A stretch of DNA of 64,000 nucleotides, from positions 38,006,001-38,070,000 of the forward strand of contig OX597823.1 of the NCBI GenBank assembly GCA_951406725.2, written 5' to 3'. The DNA is from Octopus vulgaris (Eukaryota). This document shows positions 26,801 through 38,715 of the stretch, piece by piece. The translations under genes were made by a program, and so were the position numbers. Each line of letters opens with the position of its first letter. Position 1 is the first letter of the stretch. The notes under the pieces are model-generated. The model was given only the letters and a program-made list of their open reading frames with translations. It made no database searches and was not told where the DNA came from.

Positions 26801-29800
26801 CTTGTAGTGATGATGGTGGAGGATATCGACTCCTTACTTGACCTTCTAAAATGCACCATAACTATTCAATAATATTGAGATGTGGGGACTGAGGTGGCCA
26901 GATAAGATGTTCAACTTCACTAGAATGTTCCTTGTGCCATTCAGTAACATTAGTTGTGTGAATTGGTGCATTACCATCTGAAAGACTGCGTTTCCCTCTG
27001 GGAAACAGTTCCACAACCATAGGATGAATTTGATCAGATAAAATACTTAAATAGTCTTGACTATTAATTCTGGCATAATCAGCTGGTTCCACTGGCATAA
27101 TCAGCTGGTACTGCCATTGGCCACGTCAGCAATTTTGATTTGATTTCACTTGCCTCAATAGGTCTTTGCAAGCAAAGTTTATTGTCCAAGTACTGTCATC
27201 GGCCATGTCAGCGATTTTGATTTCACTTGCCTCAATAGGTTTTCGCAAGCAAAGTTTATTGTCTAATGAATGAGGGGTATTCATAAGTGGGCTGGTTACA
27301 CCCGCTGGCATAGGCCACAGGCTATGGTCTCACTTGCTTTGTCGGATCTTCTCAAGCACAGCATATCTCCAAAGATCTCAGTCACTGGTCATTACCTCGG
27401 TAAGGCCCAATGTTCGAAGGTTGTGCTTCACCACCTCATCCCAGGTCTTGCTGGGTCTACATCTTCCACAGGTTCTCTCAACTGCTAGGGTGTGACACTT
27501 TTTCACACAGCTGTCCTCATCCATTCTTGACACATGACCATACCAGCGCAGTCATCTCTCATGCACACCACATCTGATGCTTCTTAAATCCAACTTTTCT
27601 CTCAGGGCGCTTACACACTGTCTTGTATGCATACTGATATTACACATCCATCAGAGTATACTGGCTTCATTCCTTGCAAGCTTATGCATGTCCTCAGCAG
27701 TCACAGCCCATGTTTCACTGCCATATAGCATGGCTGTTTGTACATATGCATCATACAATCTAGCTTTTACTCTGAGCGAGAGGCCCTTTGTCACCAGCAG
27801 AGGCAGTACCTCTCTGAACTTTGCCCAGGCTATTCTTATTCTAGCAGTTACACTGTCAGAGCATCTACCCCTGTTACTGACTTGGTCCCCAAAGTAATGG
27901 AAGCTATCAACATTGTCAGTGTTTATAGCACCTGAGCATTTGCCACATACAAAAACCATCTTCCCAGTTAGCCTCCCTTTGATATTGCTGCACCTCTTAT
28001 GTATCCATAGCTTACACTGGGTACATCTTATGGAGTTTCTACCTATGCCTTTTTTACAGATCAAGCAGGGCCATCTACCTGAAGGGATTTGTGGTTTGTC
28101 TGCCTTCCTATTTATTAAGACTTTGGTTTTAGCTAGATTGACTCTAAGGCCCTTTGATTCTAGACCTTGCTTCCACACTTGAAACTTCTCTAGATCTGGT
28201 AGTGACTCAGTTATTAGAACAAGGTCATCAGCATAGAGGAGTTCCCAAGGGTAGCCTGTTTTGAATTCCCCTGTTATTGCCTGGAAGACTATGATGAATA
28301 AGAGGGGTCTGAGGGCAGATCCTTGGTGGACCTCTATCTCTACACATAATTCTTCATTGTACTCATTGCGAACCCTCACCTTACTGACAGCATTCCTGTA
28401 CATGGTTTGCACAGCTCTCACTAACCATTCATCTATCCCTAGTTTCCTCATTGACCACCAGATAAGGGATCAGGGCACCCTATCAAAGGCTTTCTCCATG
28501 TCAATGAAAGCCAGGTAGAGGGGCTTATCTTTGGCTAGGTATTTCTCCTGCAGCTGTCTTACCAGAAATACAGCATCAGTGGTGCTTTTCCCTGGCACGA
28601 ACCCAAACTGCATCTCATCTAAACTGACTCTCTCCCTAATTAGTCGGGCTATGACCTTCTCCATGACCTTCATTACCTGATCCAACAGCTTGATACGTCT
28701 GTAATTATTTGTATCTAATGTGTCACCTTCACCTTTGTAGCAGTTGACTATGCTGCAGCTACACCAGTCATTGGGTATGACTCCTTTATATATCACCTGG
28801 TTAAACTATACGGGTGACTAGGCTATAGCCGACACCGCCAGATATTTTGAGCATCTCTGCGGTGATTCCTGATGAGCTGGGGGGCTTGCCCTGTCTTCAT
28901 ACCCTTAATTGTTTTATCTACCAAGGCACTGCCAATTAGGATAGCTGGTCCCTCTTTTAGGCCAGCATTCAGCAGACTCTCTTTCTCCCATTCATTCTCT
29001 TTATTTAGCAACCTTTCATAGTGGCATCTCCAAACCTCTCTCTTTGCAGCCTCATTTAATGTAAGTGAACCATCATCCATGCGAACACATTTCTCTCCTA
29101 CAACATCATGACTTTCTCACTGTCTTGCAACACGAAATACCTCGAGTCTTTGGTCCTCCCAGCACAGAACACTGGCAAATTTTTTCTTATCTGCTTCCCC
29201 TCAGGCTAAATAAACCTGTCTCCTAGCTTCCCTTCTAGAATTCTGATACAATTCCCTGCTACCACTGTTCTTCCAGTCCTCCCAAGCCCGTTTCTTTCCC
29301 CTAATGACCCTGTCAACAACATTGTTCCATCACCATGTTATCTTGGGTTGAGAGGAAACTTTGCACCATCCACAGATCTGGTCAGTGGCCCTCAGCAGGT
29401 TGTCCGGTAGAAACCTCCACCTGAGTGTGAATACAATCTGATTCCTCCAAAAATGTTCAAAAACGAAACAGCTTTGCAATGTTTGCTTTCCAGTATATGT
29501 GATGAGACTGCCCGTTCTAAATTGTTTTTGGAAGAAGAATTAAAGCTTACTTGTGAAGGAGCCTGTGCTATAGTTCATCAAAGCAAAAACATTTCACATC
29601 AGCTAACTAAATTTTCTATACTAATGGAGGGCAGATGGTGTACAATCTATTACATCTACAAAAACTCGGCCATCAAGTCTTACAGAAAAACAGTTTACTT
29701 GTTATCATTGTGGATTTAAACATTATTTTCCATCTGAGTGCCAGCATCAACAAACCATTTGTCATTTACGTGGTAAAACGGGATATCTTGCCAGAGTTTG

Positions 29801-32800
29801 TCGTACAAAGTACAATGAACACAGAGTTTTATCTTCATAAAAACATTTGGTGCTAACGATAAAAACAAATCTGGAAAACCAAGGTCAAGATTTCGCTTTA
29901 AATTCCCTTTTAAACACTACTGTTAACACTACAGTCTAACCACCTTCATACGTTGTCGATGTGATAATTTAAGGTCAGTTAGTATGCATGGAAATTGACG
30001 TGGGCATTTTAGTCTCTATTGTTACCACTCGTTCTGTCAGCTGCTTACCACCACTTTCTACAAACTATTCAATTTTAAAAACATATATCAGGCAAGAAAT
30101 CCCAATAATTGTAGTTTGCAATGTAAATGTGCAACATGGTGATGTATATGTGACCACTGGAAATCATCCAAACACATCACTGCGGTTTTGTAAAGCTTGA
30201 ACACTTCCATACGCTTTGCAGCCAAAAGTGGAAGCCAAATTACAACATTTACACTCAGAAGGTGTTTATTGTTCCAGTTCAATACTTTTATTGGGCAGCT
30301 CCCATTGTACCGGTGATGAAACTGGATGGCTCAGTGCACATTTGTGGAGATTATAAATTTACAGTCAACCAGTCAGCCGTTTTAGACAAGTACCTGTTAC
30401 CTAAAACAGAAGATTTGTATGCGACTCCAGTGGGAGGCCAAAGTTCACAGAAATTGATATCAGTTATGCATATTCCCAGATTGAACTTGATGACAATTCT
30501 CGTGCTTGCACTACGATTGCTACCCATACTGGGTTGTTTCAATTCACTAGATTACCATTTGGAATTAATTCAGACCCAGGAATTCTTCAACGCATTATCA
30601 ACAACATTGTTTAAGATGTACCCTGGGCTAGTGCAGGGTGATTTACTAATCACCAGGCATTCCAGTAATGAACATCTTCATACATTATCCATCATACTCA
30701 ATCATCTTCACAAAAGCAGATTAAAACAGAAGAACAAATGTGAGTTTTTTTGTGATTCTGTTTATTATCTTGGTCAACGCCTAAATAAAGATGGTTTGCA
30801 AATTAGGAGTCATAAAGTACAGCCTATTTTAAATGCACCAGAACCTAAAAACAATAGTCAGTTAAGATCATCTGTAGGAATGTTATGACATTATCATCAT
30901 TTTTTACCAAATATTTCAACAATGCTGACACCTTTATATGCCTTTGTCATTGAATGAATGATACAGTACTGTTCATCCTATAGCTTTTGCCCCATGTACT
31001 CTGTTATATTTCTTTACTACCCACAAGGGGCTAAACACAGAGGGGACAAACAAGGACAGACAAACAGATTAAGTCAATTACATCGACTCCAGTACGTAAC
31101 TGGTACTTAATTTATCGACCCCGATAGGACGAAAGGCAAAGTCGACCTCGGCAGAATTTGAACTCGGAACATAACGACAGACAAGATATGGCTACGCATT
31201 TCACCCGGCGTGCTAACGTTTCTGCCAGCTCGCCGTCTGTACTCTGTTACCAGCTGAAAAGAACTATTCTCAGTTGGACAAAGAAGCAATTGAAGTTTTA
31301 TTTAGTGTCAAGCAATTCCATCAATATGTTTGGAGTCATCATTTTGAAATTTATACTGATCATAAAACCTTTGATTGCACTACTTGGAGAAGAGCAGGGT
31401 ATTCAGCTAATGTGTACACCTAGAATGTAGAGATGGGCTTTGATGTTAAGCGCTTATAGTTATAGTGTGCATTACGTTCCTGCACCTAAGAATGTTACTG
31501 CTGATGTATTGAGTCGTTTACCCTTGACTTCTTTGTTACATGAAATTGAACAACCAGCGGAACTGGTATACATAATGCAACATTTTAGTGGCATAGCTAT
31601 CCAAGGACAGGATATACTTTGACTAACAAAGGTCAAATACTGTCCAGTGTCAAACATTATCTTTTAAGAGGGTGGCTGTCCAAAACAAGTTTAGAATTAA
31701 TACTGTTTTTACAGCGTAAAGATGAACTTAGTTTGCACAAGGGTGACATATTTTGGAGTCATCGTATAATTGTACTCTTTAAATAAAGACAAAAATTGCT
31801 TAATGAGTTGCATGATGCTCATCCAGGCACAAATCGAATGAAAGCATTATCTCGAAGTTACTGTTAGTCGCCCAGTCTAGATGCTGATATTGAGCAGATG
31901 TGCAGAAGATGCGACATTTGTCAACAAAACACACCAGGACCTGTACATCCCTGGAAGTGGCTAGAAAAACCAAAGCATTGATTATTTTGGTCCTCTTAAA
32001 TGGTATGATGTGCTTATTGATTATTGATGCACATTCGAAATGGATAGATGTACATCCAGTGGTACATGCTACAGCAGAATCTATAGTAGCCTGACTACAC
32101 TCACCATTTTCTACATTCGGAATTCCAGAAACAATTTGTTCAGATAATGGCACTCCTTTCACAAGTGAGGTTATCCAAACATTTTCGAGAGAGAATGGGA
32201 TACGTCACATAAGAACAGCATCATATAATCCATCTTTAAACGGCCTAGCAGAACGAGCTGTTCAGACGGTAAAGAATGGATTGAAACAGCAAAGTACCAG
32301 AAACCTCCAGACTAAACTGCATCATTTACTTTTTGCCTATCGCACAACCCCAACTGAATCTACAGGCAAGTCTCCAGCTGAGTTATTGTTTGGTCACAAT
32401 CTGCAAACAAGATTCAGCCTCTTTTATTCTTGTCATCGCACAAAAATATTGAAGAAAAACTAACCTGAATGAATGCAAAGAACAAGGAAGGACCACACTT
32501 GAAAGCATCTGATGCTGTCTATACTCGACTTCCCCATGGCAACCAGCAACAGTAGTTGACATTTTTGGAAGTTCAATGAATTTGCTCTTACCAAGTGGTC
32601 AAGTTGTGTGCAGACATTCGGATCACATTTGATCTTGAGTAACGAATACAACGAATGATCAAATGGAAGTAAACGAGGAAGCTGGGTCAACCTCAACGGG
32701 TGAAAGCGACAGTTTGGATGAAAGAGAAACAACAAACAACCCTACACTGCAACAATCAGAGTGTATATCAAAACATGTTGACCGCTATCAGGGTCAGACA

Positions 32801-33722
32801 TATAATACTGACTAGGAGAGAAAGGGATGTTACAACTTGGACTTACAACTACGTGTTATTTGTCATTCAGTCTATCGCGCGTGTGTGTATGATGGTTAAT
32901 TCTTTTCCTATCTATAAAACCTGCAGTAACTTGTTTTGCAACGATATATGTTTTTTTAGCCAGTCTTATCTACAGTGTGTGTTCAGTGTTCTGTTTTCAT
33001 TAGGCTATGGCCTGAATTAGATATTACTGGAATAGGACTGGTAGTTATTAGGCTTTATAGAGACAATGACTGAAACCTTTGGCTCAAGTGTTGGGCTTCA
33101 CGGAGGCAATGATCAAGACTTTTGGCATAATGTCGTGCTTGAGAAGACCCATCAAACTGAGCAAAATCACAGTCGTGGCAGATACTGGTGTCACACAAAT
33201 GGCACCTGTGCCAGTGGCATGTAAAAGAACCCATTACAATCTTGGAGTGGTTGGCATTAGGAAGGGCATCCAGATGTAGAAACCTTGCCAAATCAGACTG
33301 GAGTCTGGTACAGCCTTTCAGCCCCAGTCAAACTGCTCAACCCATGCCAGCATGGACAATGGATGTTAAAGGATGATGATGATGATATATATATATATAG
33401 ATACACACACACACACACACATATATATATAAAATAGTGCATAAGATTTTATACATGGAGAGGAATCCACCATGCGGATTTCTTACATGCTAGAAAGGGC
33501 AGTCAAGACCCATACCACAAAAAGATTCTTCTTTAAAATCTTATACACTATTATATAAAAATATTTATGTCTTCTGACTATTAATTACACATGCTGACCA
33601 CTGGGAAAAAATATATTTTTTAATAATTTTTGCATATACATATGCCAGCAGGGACAACGGATGTTAAATGATGATGATAAACATATGTACACACACACAC
33701 ATTGGTATTTTTTGTATGTGTG

Positions 33723-33765
<43 letters not shown>

Positions 33766-36579
33766 TACATACAAAAATGCCAACTTACCATTAGCGATTG
33801 AAAACCACAAATGAGTTAAAGATGTACTCATATCATATGATTTTGAACCTTGTGAAGAAACACTTAGTCTTTATCAATGAGTATTACTTTCTCAGGGCTA
33901 AACATTAAGCATCTCACCATATGTATATTGACCAGTAGAATTCAGTGGAACTTTTCAAAATGATCAAAGTTAATGAAATAAAATATAATGATATATATAT
34001 ATAACTGAAAACCACTTTTATCACTTATACATGCTGGTGAATGCGAAGGTCAAGTGCTTCTTTTCGCTGTCTCCACACGTATACCTGGCCGGTGATTGAA
34101 ATAAGGTTAAGGATGACTCGTCTGAGAAAATAACATTTTTCCACTGCTCTAGGGACCATAGGCGCAGGAGTGGATGTGTGGTAAGTAGCCTGTCTACCAA
34201 CCACATGGTTCCGGGTTCAGTCCCACTGCGTGGCACCTTGGGCAAGTGTCTTCTACTATAGCCTTGGGCCGATCAAAGCCTTGTGAGTGGATTTGGTAGA
34301 CGGAAACTGAAAGAAGCCCGTCGTATATATGTATGCGTGTGTGTGTTTGTGTGTCTGTGTTTGTCCCTCTAGCATTGCTTGACAACCGATGCTGGTGTGT
34401 TTATGTCCCCGTAACTTAGCGGTTCGGCAAAAGAGACCGATAGAATAAGTACTGGGCTCACAAAAGAATAAGTTCAGGGTCGAGTTGCTCGATTAAAGGC
34501 GGTGCTCCAGCATGGCCGCAGTCAAATGACTGAAACAAGTAAAAGAGAGTAAAGAGTGTATATATATATATATATATATATATAGGATATTATTATTAAA
34601 TAAAATGGTGTTAGGAAGGGCATCCAGCCGTAGAAACATTGCCAGATCAGACTGGGCCTGGTGCAGCCTTCTGGCTTCCCAGACCCCAGTTGAACCGTCC
34701 AACCCATGCTACCATGGAAAGCGGACGCTAAATGATGATGATGATGATGAATGAAGGCTACAAAGAAAGTACCACCATTGCTAGAAATAGGAATTGAAAT
34801 AACTGAAAACCACTTTTATCACTTATACATGCTGGTGAATGCAAACGGGCAAAGTAAAAAATGCCAACTTACCATTAGCAACTGAAAATCTGAAAATATG
34901 ATACAAGTACATCTTTAACTCATTTGCGATTTGCAGTTGCTAATGGCAAGTTGGCATTTTTTACTTTGCTCGTTTGCATTCACCAGCATGTATAAGTGAT
35001 AAAAGTGGTTTTCAGTTATTTCAGTTCCTATTTCTAGCAATGCTGGTACTTTCTTTGTAGCCTTCATTATAATTATAAATATATACAGGAGTTGGACAAA
35101 ATAATGGAAACACCTAAAAATTTCAAACAAATTTATTTTAATATGGAATAGGGCAGCCTTTGGCAGTAATTACAGCTTGAATTCTACAAGGTATAGATTC
35201 GTACAAACTCTGAATTGTTTCCAAAGGAATTTTTGTCCATTCTTCAGCTAAAATAGTCTCCAGTTCTTGTAGTGATGATGGTGGAGGATATTGACTCCTT
35301 ACTTCTTTTCCCAAAATGCACCATAAATGTTCAATAATATTGAGATCTGGGGACTGTGGTGGCCAAATAAGATGTTCAACTTCACTAGAATGTTCCTTGT
35401 GCCATTCAGTAACAACTTAACCCTTTTGTTACCAACCCGACTGAAACCGGCTCTGGCTCTGTTGTACAAATGTCTTGTTTCCATAAGTTTTAAATTAAAA
35501 TCTTCCACCAAACCTTAGTCACAATTTATGTTCTTAATACAAGCTGAATGGTAACTAAGTTATTTTACTAAATTCTTTGTTATATTTAAAGTAATTGAAA
35601 GAAACATAGAACATCTCAAAATAAATACAGTAACGAAAGGGTTAAGCTGTGTGAATTGGTGCATTATCATCCTGAAAGATTGCGTTTCCCTCCAGAAACA
35701 GTTCTGTAACCATAGGATGAATTTGATCAGATAAAATGCTTAAATAGTCTTAACTATTAATTCTGCCATGAAGGAAAACCATTAGGCCAGCGGATTTCCA
35801 AGATATAGCTCCCTCCAGATCATCACAGATCCTCCTCTATGTTTCACAGTTGGAAGAAGGCAGTCTGAGTCAAGTGCTTCTTTTCGCTGTCTCCACACGT
35901 ATACTTGGCCGGTGGTTGAAATAAGGTAAAGGATGACTCGTCTGAGAAAATAACATTCTTCCACTGCTCTAGGGACCAATTCTGTAGGTTTTTACTCCAC
36001 TCTAAATGCTTTGCAACGTTTGTTTTTGGAAGTAGTGGTCTTCTGACTGCAGCCCTGCCGTGAAATCCGGCTTTGTGTGGCTCCCAGCAAATAGTTTTTG
36101 TGGAAACTGGGCTCTCGAGCTGGTCATTAAGCTCTGCAGTAATTTTGGGAGCTGTACTTTTGTGATCCTTTCTAACAATTTGCATAAGAGTCCAACGGTC
36201 CCTATCTGGAAGTTTTGGTTTTCTTCTGTAGTTTTGTTTCAACAAGGAGATTTTTCCTCTTTCTCAAAGGCTGTTATTACTTTTGAGACTATTTCTTGAT
36301 ACACAAAACATTTCAGCTGTTTTCATTACACTAGTGCCTGCCATACAAGCACCAACAATTTGATCTCTCAGAAAGTTCGATAGATCTGTCATTTTAATGA
36401 ATTTTAATTACCTTTTTCTGATATCTGAAAAGAAACAGCAATTTTAGCAAAACATATTAATCAGCACTAATAATAAATTAAAAAAACCCATAAAAATAAA
36501 CAAGCATTTTGATGGTTTTATAGATATTTCAAAATTATGATGCTATGACGCTAGGTGTTTCCATTATTTTGTCCAACCC

Positions 36580-36620
<41 letters not shown>

Positions 36621-36786
36621 AATACATATATACAGCAATAAGAAAATGGAGGGGATTGAGGTGCTATTCATCAACTTTTAGACATTATATTATGACTATT
36701 TATTTATTTTTTAAAAAGACAATTATAACAATATACATACATGTATATGAATTCATCTACATTTTGTTTATGTTTTATTTATATAC

Positions 36787-36831
<45 letters not shown>

Positions 36832-38670
36832 TAATTTGTTTTTTGTTATCGGTTATCCATTAACCAACCATAACAAAGTCATGGCATTTGAAAACAATAG
36901 ATGACCAATTAGATTACGGGACTGACCAAAAGCCCTTTCCCACTTCCTGCAAGATTTCAGCTACTCGATAAAGAAAAAGTAACGGAAAATAATAAAGTAT
37001 ATTGATTAATACCTGGAAATACATGACTTGTAGTACCAACTAATATCACAGGTATTAATATAAACTCTAACCCACTTATTGTGGACTATTGTCTAAAGCC
37101 CTCAATAGAAAACATATCACATGTTTATATAAATATATGTATGTTTGTGTATAATTATTATAATTATATAAAAAGAATAATATGAACTGCTCCAATAATA
37201 CTCCCTTCTCAACACATGTAATACGTATATATCTATGGGTTTGTTTGTATGTATATATATCATCATCATCATCATCGTTTAGCATCCGCTTTCCATGCTA
37301 GCATGGGTTGGACGGTTCAACTGGGGACTGGGAAGCCAGAAAGCTGCACCAGGCCCAGTCTGATCGGGCAATGTTTCTACGGCTGGATGCCCTTCCTAAC
37401 GCCAACCACTCCATGAGTGTAGTGGGTGCTTTTTATGTGCCACCGGCACAGGTGCCAGACGAGTCTGGCAAATGGCCACGATCGGATGGTGCTTTTTATG
37501 TGCCTCCGGTACGGGGGCCAGGTGAGGCTGGCAATGGCCACAAACGGATGGTGCTTTTTACGTGCCACCGGCACGAGGCCAGTCGGGGCGACGCTGGCAA
37601 CGGCCACGTTCGGATGGTTCTCTTACGTGCCACCGGCACTGGTATCTCAGCTGCAATTTCCATTGATCGATTTCGATTCTGATTCTCACTTGCCTCAACA
37701 GGTCTTCACAAGTAGAGTTTTGTGTTCCAAGAAGGGAAGGTATGCATATATAAATTATTTTATGTATTGGCTTAAGTCTTTCTTTGTTTGATTTGCATAA
37801 TAGTGGTCTTGTCTCTAATTTAATATAATATATATATATATACCTTTTCATTCCTACATAACTACAATAATCTTAAGATATATTGATTTTGTAAATTGCA
37901 CTATTATTTCTCTCTTAATAACTTTCTCCTACCTCTGTTTATACTTTATCTAATAAGAATAATATAATACACCTAATAATAATAATAATAATTGATTCCT
38001 TTGTATGCATATACATATGCATATATATTTAAATATATGTATATGTGTTTATGTATATTTATGTATATGTAAAAGTATATATATATGTATGTATTTGTAT
38101 TTATAACTTAACCTTATGAACTTTCTAAACTCTCTGACGAAGCCCAGAGACACACCCAAATACTTTAATATCTACCAAATACTTCAGTTCACTGGAGGAT
38201 AAAAGTAGAAGAGGGTACTATGGCCTCTTGGCTGAAACAGCTATTAGATATTATCCTACTTTCTATGCTCTACATTATATATTTCAATAATTACCGGTAT
38301 TTTATATTTCATATATGTAAAGCATAATATGTTATACATGTAAGTATATTGTTATAATTGTTTTTTTTTTTAAATAAATAAATAGAGATAATATAATGTC
38401 TAACAGTTGATGAATACCACCTCTCGATCCCCTCCATTTTCTTATTGCTGTATAAATTAAGGGTAAAATAATTTTTTACCCTCACTCATTTATTACACTT
38501 GGTAATGTAATTGCCATGCAATGGAAAAACACTTGTGTATTAATAATTGGGTATTCTACCAGCAGTATATTGGATAGATATTATCCCTTAGTTGGTTGGA
38601 TTTACAACCTCTAACTCACTTGGAATTAAATATATATATATATATATAAGAGTGAGGGTACGTACGCCGC

Positions 38671-38715
<45 letters not shown>

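Larger units (their letters stand above)
36628..38453. mobile_element. Inverted-repeat-bounded element containing a hammerhead-like motif (Penelope-like/retrozyme candidate)
   Basis: ~110-bp inverted arms at 36628-36737 and 38344-38453; CTGACGA..GAAAC core at 38134-38238. Confidence 0.55.

Noticed and set aside
37425-37639. CRISPR array
   Set aside because: The spacers are homologous to each other, the array lies in a dispersed eukaryotic LINE 3' UTR, and there are no cas genes.
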